A DNA stretch of 64,000 nt from a phage. The number at the start of each line of letters is the position of its first letter. Position 1 is the stretch's first letter. The position numbers and the translations under genes were made by a program. The stretch lies in sequence record NC_111505.1. One strand, given 5' to 3'. The notes beneath the pieces are model-generated. The model was not told where the DNA came from, made no database searches, and saw nothing but the letters and a program-made list of their open reading frames with translations. This document shows, in pieces, positions 39,150 to 47,495 of the stretch.

Positions 39150-40127
39150 TTATTTGGTAGATTCTGCACGTGCACGAGCAAGTGCTTTTGCAACGTTTTC
39201 AGCAAGAATTTCTTCTGCGGATTTTGCAATATCATCCACAACAGGTTCGCCATCATTACCATGTTCAGTGGTGGCAAACTCTTCTTTGGTTTTATGCACC
39301 TCTGCTTCCAGCTCTTCAATTTTGGCTTGAGCTTTCTCCAGCATAGCTACAATAGGTTCGTTAGCTTTTTCCAGCATGAAGTCAACCAGGGTTGCATGAT
39401 CTTCTTCACCAACAAAGCTTAAAGCTTGAGCTTTAGTCAGCATTTTAGCTTTTTCAACTTCAACCTGGGCCTTGATGATTTCTTCAGCTTTACTCTGGGT
39501 TGCTTTCAGCTCTTCTACTTGCTTCAGCAGATCCAGATACTCTTTAGTTTTGGTTACGTCCACCGGATTCTCCTCGGTATTTGCGGATTTTGCAACATCA
39601 TCCACCTCGGTAGTTTTATCTACCTCAGTAGGTTCCTGTACCGCCTTGATCAGGTTCCCTTCTTTATCGAAGAGATCAGCGGTTACTTGTTCAAAAATCT
39701 GTTGTGTTTTTAACAGGCTGTACTGATCTACCACACTAAGCTGCTTACCTTCTTTTGCAGCTTTATGAATGGTCACGTTATCACAACGCTCTTCCAGCCA
39801 TGCAATACAAGACTCTGCGTCAGCTTGCGCCCATTCCCAATCAGGATGCTCTTTAGCCCAAGCTTCCTCTTCAATCTCAAAACCAAGCATGTGTGCAAGT
39901 GCTTTGGCATCATCATACCACATATCGAAGAAACGACGCAGGTATTCTTCAAAACTAAGCTCCACAGTAACTTGGCGAAGTGCCTTAACAATATCGTCTG
40001 TTAACTGCTCAGGCTGAAGATCACTCTTCATCAAAAGAGATACAGGTCTGTTGTTAGCGCTATAGCCTTGAGCCTTATGGCACAGGGCAATCCCCTTCTC
40101 TTTAATAGTAATCGTTTTTTCAGACAT
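39150..40127 (-). CDS. putative scaffolding protein (325 aa)
   Basis: Acidic, coiled-coil-rich; between protease and capsid genes. Confidence 0.45.
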   Translation of the reverse strand: MSEKTITIKEKGIALCHKAQGYSANNRPVSLLMKSDLQPEQLTDDIVKALRQVTVELSFEEYLRRFFDMWYDDAKALAHMLGFEIEEEAWAKEHPDWEWAQADAESCIAWLEERCDNVTIHKAAKEGKQLSVVDQYSLLKTQQIFEQVTADLFDKEGNLIKAVQEPTEVDKTTEVDDVAKSANTEENPVDVTKTKEYLDLLKQVEELKATQSKAEEIIKAQVEVEKAKMLTKAQALSFVGEEDHATLVDFMLEKANEPIVAMLEKAQAKIEELEAEVHKTKEEFATTEHGNDGEPVVDDIAKSAEEILAENVAKALARARAESTK

Positions 40128-40558
40128 TATTCATTGCCCTCTTCTACAACACTGATCCCGAAGTTTACGTTGGTAATTTCACCAGTCTCTTCATCAACAT
40201 TGCCTGTTGCCTGAATGCTTAGGCCACCAACAATGCCAGCCTTCTTAGCTTCCCATAATTCAGGATTATTGTATTTAACTTTAGCAACCCAAGAGCCAGC
40301 CTTGATGACCTGCTCAGTGCCAATCACTACAACATCAAACTCTTCTTGAATCCACGTCTTTTCAATGGTGAAAGCATCTGTAGAGGTCAAGTGAAAAAGG
40401 TTTTCAGAAACTAGGCCTGCGGCGTATGCTGCGTCCCAGTTATCTTTAGCCTTTTTGATGGTGTCTTTACTCATCCACTCACCGTGAGCATCTTTAGTGT
40501 CAGGTTCGTAGATGATTTCGTAGGAAATCATTTCTTCCTGTGGCATCTTATTCCCCAT
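40127..40558 (-). CDS. putative prohead protease (XkdF-like); start uncertain (40546 or 40558)
   Basis: Segment ISYEIIYEPDTKDAHGEWMSKDTIKKA resembles XkdF-type prohead protease family; ORF-track N-terminal extension overlaps the portal and is probably not translated. Confidence 0.45.
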   Translation of the reverse strand: MGNKMPQEEMISYEIIYEPDTKDAHGEWMSKDTIKKAKDNWDAAYAAGLVSENLFHLTSTDAFTIEKTWIQEEFDVVVIGTEQVIKAGSWVAKVKYNNPELWEAKKAGIVGGLSIQATGNVDEETGEITNVNFGISVVEEGNE

Positions 40559-40613
40559 GTGGATTATTTTATCACGCCAAAGGAGGTTTTGCAACCCCCT
40601 GTGTTGATAATTT

Positions 40614-42170
40614 TTAATTTTCCATGTTAGATATGGAATTATCTCTGGTTGATGACATCTTAGAAGTGCCGTTGCCAGTGGATCCTGCAGCCATACCATC
40701 ACCAGCCCTGCTGATATCTTGGCCCAAGAGCTTCATCAGCTCTTCCTGATCCATGTCTTCGTCAAATCTTTCATCAAACCCGCCTACTTCAAGAATCTTA
40801 TTAATTACTGCAGGAGTTTTTGGCAAGTAACCTACAGCACCGATCCTCTGGACAAACTTGGAGAAGCTCTCCATGTCCACTTCTTCAATCAGACCAGGTT
40901 TCAGTTTAGGCATATCATCATCTTCAAGGATGATACCATTCAATGCCAGAAGCTGTGGAATAAGATCTTTATTGAAGGCCTCAGTGATAATATCTATATC
41001 ACGCTGAACAAAATGACCATGGATAGATTGTTTTGACTCAGACAGAGAGAAGGACCCAACGTTATCGTTACCGAGGTTAATAAAGCCAGCACCGAAACGG
41101 TCAAGAATCGCCTTCTTACGGGCATCAATCAAATCTTTAGTGGAATACTGCTTACCCATGCCGTCAACCCCCTTCAGGGTCATGGAGTAAAGCTCTTTAC
41201 CAGACTTATCTCTATCAGACGGAAGTATAAAGAAACTTTGCTCCCCGCTATGGGCATTTGCTGCGTCAAGCATAAGATCTGCAACCATTCTCCCTTCCAT
41301 TGAATTCGGGTCAATACTGGCCTTGTTCAGAATATTGGAAGGAATTTTCAGCTCAAGCACACCACCAAGGTCTTTGGAACAGCCAACAACCTCAAGGTTT
41401 TCAATCAGAACTTTCTCACGGAAAGATCTGTAGCAACCTATCATCGGTGACACACCTGCAGGGTTAGATTCTGTTCCTGACAGGGTCATGAGCATAAGCT
41501 TTTTAGCAGGGATGAAAATTTCAGGCTCATTAAAGCCTTTTGAAGGCATTGCAGCAAGAGGGCCAGCCCAGCGTGCATTCTGCGTGTTTAGAAATGCATT
41601 AGGTGATTGATAAATACCTGTCAGTGTTCTACTATTCTTGTCAAAGACAAACGGCTCTGATCTGGACAAACTGGCCTGAGGTCGGAATGCAATTTTATCA
41701 ATAAGAAGCATCCCGGCATATTTACCTTCTTTCTCTCTGCGGTATACTTTCTCAAACAGTGAAAAACCATACTCGTTAAAGGTAGCTGCGCTTCTTGCAA
41801 TATCTCGAAGAGTTTGCTGGTTTGCCAAATTACGCAAAGAATACTCTATAAGCTCGGCAGCTTTCTTAGAGTCTTCACTTTTAACATTATAAAGGATCTT
41901 AAAATCATTGAATGCTTTCGTGATGAAAACATATTTTGTATCTAAGGCAGTAGCAACTGTGGAATCACATTTCATAGTCTCCACTGTTGCAATCAGCTGA
42001 GGCCAACGCAATTCCTCAACCATCATAGATTGTGACTCTGCCATAATTTGGGAAAGTGCGCCAGAACCGATCTCACTCATACGAACATTATGAGTTGGTG
42101 CGCCTGCGTTCCCAGATTTATTCACAGTTTTGGCTGTGGCGTTGTGTTTCCTGCGGTTCTTTTTGGACAC
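40614..42170 (-). CDS. portal protein (518 aa)
   Basis: Size and position between terminase and protease; acidic C-terminus. Confidence 0.7.
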   Translation of the reverse strand: MSKKNRRKHNATAKTVNKSGNAGAPTHNVRMSEIGSGALSQIMAESQSMMVEELRWPQLIATVETMKCDSTVATALDTKYVFITKAFNDFKILYNVKSEDSKKAAELIEYSLRNLANQQTLRDIARSAATFNEYGFSLFEKVYRREKEGKYAGMLLIDKIAFRPQASLSRSEPFVFDKNSRTLTGIYQSPNAFLNTQNARWAGPLAAMPSKGFNEPEIFIPAKKLMLMTLSGTESNPAGVSPMIGCYRSFREKVLIENLEVVGCSKDLGGVLELKIPSNILNKASIDPNSMEGRMVADLMLDAANAHSGEQSFFILPSDRDKSGKELYSMTLKGVDGMGKQYSTKDLIDARKKAILDRFGAGFINLGNDNVGSFSLSESKQSIHGHFVQRDIDIITEAFNKDLIPQLLALNGIILEDDDMPKLKPGLIEEVDMESFSKFVQRIGAVGYLPKTPAVINKILEVGGFDERFDEDMDQEELMKLLGQDISRAGDGMAAGSTGNGTSKMSSTRDNSISNMEN

Positions 42171-42272
42171 AAGCTTTACCCCTCAAAACAGTATAACAAA
42201 ATAGCCCTCATGTCAGAGGGCTAGTATCTCCGATTACTCTATTCTACCACATCTAATTAAGATTGGCAACAC

Positions 42273-43058
42273 TTAGATAAAACGCTTGAACATAGAAGGT
42301 GATGAGATTGATGGAATCACACAAGGCAGCGCTACCTCCTCTTTCTCCAGGAAATTAATCGCAGAAGCTACACAGTCGGCCCAGTCGTCTTTTCTGTTAA
42401 ATGTTGATCTTTCCCCGTTGAACTTTTCAAGTTCAGTCAAAAATGCTTCCAAAGTGTCAGGATGGAAACTGGATTTTACAATCCTCACCATTCCTTGTTG
42501 GGCAAGATTGGCAAAAGGTGAGAACCTTGTCAGTTTAGATTTGTTGGAAGGCATCGGATCTTCTTCAACCCTGAACCCTTCGGCGAGCAAGGATCTGGAC
42601 GAGGTTAAGAACTCACTCTTACCTGCCTGACCGGGGTCCACAGAAAATACGATTATGCAATCATCTCCATCAAACTGCGCCTGTTTCCTGATGATCACAT
42701 CTCGTTCCCCAGCCTTTTTACAGAACTTACCTTCCAGACCTGTGGAATACCTACCGTCATCCACGTTCTCAGGACAATAATCCCCGGACAGGTAATAAAA
42801 ACCGTCGCTATCTTTACTTACCTTAACACTGGCAGTAAAGTCAGGAAATTTATTACCGGAAGTTCTCTCGGTTCCTGCCTTATCCCATGCCCTGCAAGAT
42901 ACTGATCCAAGAGGTACTCTATCGGCATCACGAAGGAAAGATCTTTGGAAATAGTTTGCACCCTCAGGTTTGGCAAACCAGTTGCCATGAAGAAGCTGGG
43001 CTTTTTCAAGCTCTGGTAGACCTTCAAGGAAAGCAAGGTATTCTGGGTTGTCTCTCAA
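42273..43058 (-). CDS. terL: terminase large subunit, C-terminal nuclease domain (second exon-like segment)
   Basis: RNase-H-like terminase nuclease motifs (IIVFSVDPGQAG ... DDWADCVA); ORF-track start is a TTG, so the reading frame may extend upstream to a splice junction. Confidence 0.7.
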   Translation of the reverse strand: MRDNPEYLAFLEGLPELEKAQLLHGNWFAKPEGANYFQRSFLRDADRVPLGSVSCRAWDKAGTERTSGNKFPDFTASVKVSKDSDGFYYLSGDYCPENVDDGRYSTGLEGKFCKKAGERDVIIRKQAQFDGDDCIIVFSVDPGQAGKSEFLTSSRSLLAEGFRVEEDPMPSNKSKLTRFSPFANLAQQGMVRIVKSSFHPDTLEAFLTELEKFNGERSTFNRKDDWADCVASAINFLEKEEVALPCVIPSISSPSMFKRFI

Positions 43059-44049
43059 GCAGACAGGATTATCGAATCCTTATATTCAAAGGTGGTCGCA
43101 ACACCACCCTCCGCACCATTACGTGCTGCTGCATGTTACCATGCAGAGTAGACTATATCACCACCCATCTCAGGGTGCTTCGCTTTTCGAGCGCCATAAG
43201 CTTGCGCCCTACTCCCTCTCGGGATAGTCGTTGAACTACATTACCAATCGTAATTGTTTGAAATATAGGTGTAAGTCTTACGGTCTTTTATTCCTTTAAC
43301 AACACTAAAACTTACACCCCACTTTTTAGCTATTTTATTTACACACAAAACCCTATCACTGAGATCTTCGCAGATACCTATTATCTTGTGCTCACTTATC
43401 CTATTAGAGGTTGGCACTTTTCTAAAGTTAAACTCTTTAGAAATATCCGGGTATACTGAGCCATTCTTTATACCACTTACAAGCGGTTGATTGACACCAA
43501 ACATTTCACAAATGTCTTTTACCCTTGCACCTTGCTCTAACAGTCTACATATTTCAAGGGCAGTAGCATCATCTAGGGACCTGTATTTATTGACATAGTC
43601 CTTTTTAAGTCCCATTTCATGAGCATGATGTGTGTTTTCCTCAGGTGTTGTCCACTCAAGGTTCCATGCGGCGTTATTTAACTTATTGCCATCAAGGTGA
43701 TTTACTTGAGTTTTCACGCTAGGATTATCATTATCAACAAAAGTCATAGCAATAACTCTGTGAACGAGCACTTGGAACTTTTTACCGTCCTCGCACAAAG
43801 TTACCATAGCATAGCCAGTCTTTTTCTGCACATTAGGATGGAGGAATTTATTAGAATACAGACTGTAAATTCTGCCATCGTATGTAGCACAATAATGATT
43901 GTAGCCTAAAAAGCCTAAATTTTTCATTTCAAACATCTCCCTACTACAGGTTCGGAAGGGTAATTATAGCTGCTGATTGTCCGTTTAGCAATCGGATTTT
44001 CCAGCAATTAACGAAGTTATTCGACGTGCATTTCTGCACGAAGCCACTA
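43059..44049 (-). mobile_element. intervening sequence in terL carrying the HNH ORF (candidate group I intron)
   Basis: About 990 nt separate the ATPase and nuclease ORFs; flanks 43059-43240 and 43937-44049 are GC-rich with multiple hairpins and no long ORF. Confidence 0.5.
43241..43936 (-). CDS. HNH homing endonuclease (231 aa) inserted within terminase large subunit gene
   Basis: HNH motif (VNHLDGNKLNNAAWNLEWTTPEEN...HH) plus C-terminal DNA-binding-like region; flanked by the two terminase halves. Confidence 0.8.
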   Translation of the reverse strand: MFEMKNLGFLGYNHYCATYDGRIYSLYSNKFLHPNVQKKTGYAMVTLCEDGKKFQVLVHRVIAMTFVDNDNPSVKTQVNHLDGNKLNNAAWNLEWTTPEENTHHAHEMGLKKDYVNKYRSLDDATALEICRLLEQGARVKDICEMFGVNQPLVSGIKNGSVYPDISKEFNFRKVPTSNRISEHKIIGICEDLSDRVLCVNKIAKKWGVSFSVVKGIKDRKTYTYISNNYDW

Positions 44050-44799
44050 TCATTTAATGGTTGCGCCTATAAACGAGAATGACAACGGTCTTGGCTTGAT
44101 TTCCACACCTAGTCCATTGACCGTGGTGTATTTCTCTATTAACTCCTCTTTAGAGTCTCCCCAGATAAACTCACCGTCGCGTCGGATAAAATATCTTTTC
44201 TTACCACATTTCTCCGGATCTGGATACCCTTCATCGTCCAACCACCACCTAACCAGTTTGGCAAGCATGTGTTCTGAGTCGGGGTTACAACTGATAACCA
44301 TTCTTGATGGATACTTTGACTGAGATCGCAGACGAGACATCAAATAGTCTATCTGCTCCCATTCGAATTGCGTGCCTTCATCGAAGCAAACCATGGTGTA
44401 CTCAAGGCCTTGATGGTTAAGCTTATCTTGGACATACTCCATGTGGCAGTATTTTACAACAGCCCCCTTTTTGCTCCTGTCCCACTTGCCAGTGCTCGGA
44501 TCAAACCGTGGAAAAATAAATTTATGATCCTTCTCTCTAAATTTTGGCTTGATGTTCTCAGGGAGATCGCTGTAGATAGCTACTGCTTTAGGCCATAGAC
44601 CTCCTTCACCCTCCAGCTGCGGGGTTGTTCTTCGGAACATAACCACAGAGCTGTGTGGGTCATCAATAATTTTAAGCGGCATCAACTGCAGGAGGAACGA
44701 CTTACCTGAACCAGCCGCACCACCAATGACAAGAATGTCTGCATCGTTTTCTAGGATCATCTTCTGCTTTTCAGAACACGGTCCGTAAATCTTAGACAT
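44050..44799 (-). CDS. terL: terminase large subunit, N-terminal ATPase domain (first exon-like segment)
   Basis: Walker A (VIGGAAGSGKS) and Walker B (MVCFDEGTQF); ends at TGA 44050-44052. Confidence 0.8.
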   Translation of the reverse strand: MSKIYGPCSEKQKMILENDADILVIGGAAGSGKSFLLQLMPLKIIDDPHSSVVMFRRTTPQLEGEGGLWPKAVAIYSDLPENIKPKFREKDHKFIFPRFDPSTGKWDRSKKGAVVKYCHMEYVQDKLNHQGLEYTMVCFDEGTQFEWEQIDYLMSRLRSQSKYPSRMVISCNPDSEHMLAKLVRWWLDDEGYPDPEKCGKKRYFIRRDGEFIWGDSKEELIEKYTTVNGLGVEIKPRPLSFSFIGATIK

Positions 44800-45086
44800 T
44801 AACCTCTCTCCTTTGGAAACAGTGTTCTAATATAGTCTTGCAAAATGATCAATTTAGCCCTATCATTACTGCAAGACAGGTTATTATCCCTCATAATGCC
44901 AGAATTCACCGCATCAGGCGCACCTTTCTTTAAAGGTATAGCTTTAGCAGGAGGCTTCATAGCACCTTCGGGCGGTTTAACAATCAATCTTCCCACATCC
45001 GGAGGATCAATCTTATATTCTTTTTCGACACTTGTCGCACATCCGCACAGCAGCAAGCAAGCAACTAATAATACGGTGGCTCTCAT
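44799..45086 (-). CDS. o-spanin (outer-membrane lipoprotein, Rz1-like)
   Basis: Signal peptide with lipobox (LLLCGCA); Pro-rich mature region; overlaps i-spanin by 4 nt. Confidence 0.6.
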   Translation of the reverse strand: MRATVLLVACLLLCGCATSVEKEYKIDPPDVGRLIVKPPEGAMKPPAKAIPLKKGAPDAVNSGIMRDNNLSCSNDRAKLIILQDYIRTLFPKERG

Positions 45087-45481
45087 CTACCCTCCTGATT
45101 AATGCTCTCATTATAGATATCTATAAGCTGGTCAGGGAGTGTTGACTTCTTACCTTCAGGTGATTGGAGGTAGATAATCTGCTTTTCTTTACCTGCCTTC
45201 TCAGCCATATTTAATTTATCCTGTAGGTCAGAAAGAGATTTTTCAAGGTTTTTAACCTCCTCTGCGTGGCCCATTTTAATTTTGTCGGCCTGCTTTTGTT
45301 GTTGGTCAAGGATCCGTTCCCACTTTAACTCTGTTGCTGACACACCTTCCTGATAAGCATCATTGAGCTTAGAGTTAAACCAATACACGGCCCCAAGATA
45401 AGCTATGCCTATAGCCGCTGCAAAAACTAAACCTTTTATGATCCCTCTGTATTTACTCATCAATGTTAAAACTGAAATCAT
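45083..45481 (-). CDS. i-spanin (Rz-like)
   Basis: N-terminal transmembrane segment followed by charged coiled-coil; paired with lipoprotein gene. Confidence 0.6.
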   Translation of the reverse strand: MISVLTLMSKYRGIIKGLVFAAAIGIAYLGAVYWFNSKLNDAYQEGVSATELKWERILDQQQKQADKIKMGHAEEVKNLEKSLSDLQDKLNMAEKAGKEKQIIYLQSPEGKKSTLPDQLIDIYNESINQEGR

Positions 45482-45495
45482 TTTAAGGCTCCAGA

Positions 45496-45534
45496 AACGA
45501 AAAAACCCCGCAGCTATACAGCTAACGGGGCGGG
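45496..45534 (-). terminator. terminator-like hairpin after ORF 45587-45856
   Basis: Minus strand CCCCG-(15-nt loop)-CGGGG followed by TTTTTTCGTTT. Confidence 0.4.
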
Positions 45535-45586
45535 TTAAAATTGAGTAACCTAAATAGATCGAAACTAACTAAAAGGAGACTAATAC

Positions 45587-45856
45587 TTATCGAGGCACTC
45601 GGTGGATGATTCTAACAGTAACTGCATTTTCATTCATCAAGTATGCATCTACATCTCTGTAAATATAAAACTTCTGCTCACTATCAACAACACAAGCTAC
45701 CGCCCCTTCAGAGTTGTCTTCAAAAAAGACCACCACTGCATCGCAGCTGAGTTCATGATATGACTCTCGAAGATTTACAGCCAGAGGATTGAAATCGTCA
45801 CGAAAATCTACAGTATTGGTTGGATTTACACGCTCTACAATTTTAAGTGTATACAT
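45587..45856 (-). CDS. hypothetical protein (89 aa)
   Basis: ORF track; terminator-like hairpin downstream. Confidence 0.3.
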   Translation of the reverse strand: MYTLKIVERVNPTNTVDFRDDFNPLAVNLRESYHELSCDAVVVFFEDNSEGAVACVVDSEQKFYIYRDVDAYLMNENAVTVRIIHRVPR

Positions 45857-45902
45857 TTTAAAGGTTCCTTTTGTGTGTATATGTTTAAAGTATAACTAAA
45901 GG

Positions 45903-45948
45903 TGGTCTCCACGGAGTGATTCGAACACTCGACCTCCTGATCCCAAAG
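45903..45948 (-). tRNA. 3' half of split tRNA-like gene: anticodon loop (UGG, Pro-like), variable loop, T-arm, acceptor 3' strand and CCA
   Basis: Minus-strand CTTTGGGATCAGGAGGTCGAGTGTTCGAATCACTCCGTGGAGACCA: T-arm GAGTG/TTCGAAT/CACTC, acceptor CGTGGAG, encoded CCA. Confidence 0.5.
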
Positions 45949-46290
45949 TTATGGTAGTTCTAAAAGTCCTGCATGTACGGCAGCATGACAATTTCTACAA
46001 AGTAATACACAGTTTTTAATTTCATTATCAATTCTTTGCAGACTCCAACCTCTCATTTGAGCAAATTTAGAGTCTTTAATTTTAGGATCTAAATGGTGAA
46101 TATCTAAAGAAACAATCCATTTATCGAACCCACAATTGATACATTTACCGCCTAACTTGTCTACAGCATACTGTCGTTTCTGCCTCCCAAGATTCATGGT
46201 GTACTCATTGTGACATTTCCCACATATAGTCTTTTTATGACCATAAAATTTACATGGATCTTCTTCCCCACAACGACTGCATTTGTGCAT
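45949..46290 (-). CDS. HNH endonuclease with Zn-ribbon (113 aa) lying between two halves of a tRNA-like gene
   Basis: CxxC...CxxC plus HNH motif (DIHHLDPKIKDS...NCVLLCRNCH); ATG at 46288-46290, stop at 45949-45951. Confidence 0.75.
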   Translation of the reverse strand: MHKCSRCGEEDPCKFYGHKKTICGKCHNEYTMNLGRQKRQYAVDKLGGKCINCGFDKWIVSLDIHHLDPKIKDSKFAQMRGWSLQRIDNEIKNCVLLCRNCHAAVHAGLLELP

Positions 46291-46300
46291 CTTTGATTAT

Positions 46301-46325
46301 CTCTACCAAGCTGAGCTACGCGGAG
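46301..46325 (-). tRNA. 5' half of split tRNA-like gene: acceptor 5' strand and D-arm
   Basis: Minus-strand CTCCGCGTAGCTCAGCTTGGTAGAG; acceptor CTCCGCG pairs with CGTGGAG of the 3' half (six Watson-Crick pairs plus one G-U). Confidence 0.5.
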
Positions 46326-46336
46326 TATTTATAATT

Positions 46337-46411
46337 TGGTGGCCCTGGGTGGAATTGAACCACCGTCTGGCGATTATGAGTCGCTTGCTTGAACCTTCCA
46401 GCTACAGGGCC
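46337..46411 (-). tRNA. tRNA-Met (anticodon CAU; initiator, elongator or Ile-lysidine not distinguished)
   Basis: Hand-folded cloverleaf: acceptor GGCCCTG/CAGGGCC, anticodon loop CTCATAA, T-arm GGTGG/TTCAATT/CCACC, CCA encoded. Confidence 0.7.
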
Positions 46412-46412
46412 A

Positions 46413-46488
46413 TGGTGCTGATGGCAGGACTTGAACCTGCAACCTATTGATTACAAATCAATTGCACTGCCAATTGTGCTACATCAGC
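46413..46488 (-). tRNA. tRNA-Thr (anticodon UGU)
   Basis: Acceptor GCTGATG/CATCAGC, D-stem GCAC/GTGC, anticodon stem ATTGA/TCAAT with loop TTTGTAA, T-arm GCAGG/TTCAAGT/CCTGC, CCA encoded. Confidence 0.75.
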
Positions 46489-46492
46489 AAAA

Positions 46493-46591
46493 GGTGCTAG
46501 GTGATGGAATCGAACCATCTATGTATTCAACGACTACCTCGTCTATTTTCAGGATTAAAAATCCTCGCCCTTGCCAAAGGGCTTACCTAGC
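46493..46591 (-). tRNA. atypical tRNA-like element (~97 nt), anticodon ambiguous (possibly UUU)
   Basis: Good acceptor (GCTAGGT/ACCTAGC), D-arm (GCCC/GGGC) and T-arm (GATGG/TTCGATT/CCATC), but anticodon arm is a near-palindrome (AGGATTTTTAATCCT) and about 30 nt lie between anticodon arm and T-arm. Confidence 0.4.
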
Positions 46592-46689
46592 GCAATATGT
46601 TGACCATGTGGCTAGTCGGCGATGACGACTGTAACATTTGATAATCCGGTTCTGCTTCCGGCTTTCGCTTAATTACAAGGTCAACAATG

Positions 46690-46780
46690 TGGCGGAGAGT
46701 AATGGAATCGAACCATCATCGAGTCATCCTCAACGGGACGGTTTTCAAGACCGCTTGAGCACCATTGCTCCCTACCCTCC
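46690..46780 (-). tRNA. tRNA-Ser (anticodon UGA), long variable arm
   Basis: Acceptor GGAGGGT/ACTCTCC, anticodon stem GCGGT/ACCGT with loop CTTGAAA, T-loop TTCGATT, CCA encoded; 91 nt. Confidence 0.65.
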
Positions 46781-46894
46781 TTTATAAATTACACTGATAA
46801 TGACACTGATTTTCGAGCAGTTAGTGACTAGTATAAACGACGATAAACATCAATGCCATTATCTGTATGATTTATGCATTTAAAAATATAAATT

Positions 46895-46981
46895 TGGTGG
46901 GGAGTGGTGGAGTCGAACCACCCGAGTCGCAATGACAATAGATTTACAGTCTACACCGCTACCTCTACGGGATAACTCCCC
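46895..46981 (-). tRNA. tRNA-Tyr (anticodon GUA), long variable arm
   Basis: Acceptor GGGGAGT/ACTCCCC, anticodon loop CTGTAAA, T-arm GGTGG/TTCGACT/CCACC, CCA encoded; 87 nt. Confidence 0.7.
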
Positions 46982-46985
46982 AATT

Positions 46986-47060
46986 TGGCACCCCGTACTG
47001 GACTCGAACCAGTGTCAACGGCTTAGAAGGCCGCTGCTTTATCCACTAAGCTAACAGGGC
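46986..47060 (-). tRNA. tRNA-Arg (anticodon UCU)
   Basis: Acceptor GCCCTGT/ACGGGGT (two G-U), D-stem GCTT/AAGC, anticodon stem GCGGC/GCCGT with loop CTTCTAA, T-arm ACTGG/TTCGAGT/CCAGT, CCA encoded. Confidence 0.7.
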
Positions 47061-47118
47061 ACTGGGTGGCTTTCTTTTACACCTGAGCCGCCAGAAAAGG
47101 TGGGAGACCATGTTTACA

Positions 47119-47147
47119 ATATTACACTGTTAAGCAAAGTTTGTCAA
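47119..47147 (-). promoter_or_regulatory. sigma70-like promoter upstream of tRNA cluster
   Basis: Minus strand TTGACA (47142-47147), 17-nt spacer, TAATAT (47119-47124). Confidence 0.5.
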
Positions 47148-47156
47148 GAAAATATT

Positions 47157-47495
47157 TTAACTATTGCCAACAGGCTGTATCTCTGTGGTAAATGGCATAA
47201 AAGGTGCTGGTTTTTCAGCCTCTTCTACTACCACCTCTTCCTCTTCACCAAACATCTCATCATATTCTTCCTGCATTCGGTCTGCCTTATCAAGGACATA
47301 CTCTGCAATGCTTTGACGAATATTTTGCTTGGTTTTCGGATCCAACATCAGCTCTCTTAAAACTTTGTGAGCTTCTGGAACCATCGCTATAAAAGATTCC
47401 TTCATATCAAGAATGTTCTTCTCTAGCTGAATGGCGTTGGACTCCTCTTTCAGAGGTCTGCCTCTACGGCGACGCTTTTTAGTTGTATCCGCCAT
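47157..47495 (-). CDS. hypothetical small basic/acidic protein with AT-hook-like motif (112 aa)
   Basis: Start ATG 47493-47495 preceded by GGAGGA; N-terminal KKRRRRGRP then acidic C-terminus; the ORF-track 5' extension lies in GC-rich non-coding sequence. Confidence 0.45.
   Translation of the reverse strand: MADTTKKRRRRGRPLKEESNAIQLEKNILDMKESFIAMVPEAHKVLRELMLDPKTKQNIRQSIAEYVLDKADRMQEEYDEMFGEEEEVVVEEAEKPAPFMPFTTEIQPVGNS

Noticed and set aside
40559-40702. Long N-terminal extension of the protease ORF overlapping the portal gene
   Set aside because: The extension is in an alternative frame over the portal C-terminus and lacks protease-like sequence; internal ATG at 40546/40558 preferred.
47061-47118. 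Additional tRNA upstream of tRNA-Arg
   Set aside because: No T-loop or acceptor pairing found; the interval instead holds the -10/-35 promoter elements for the cluster.
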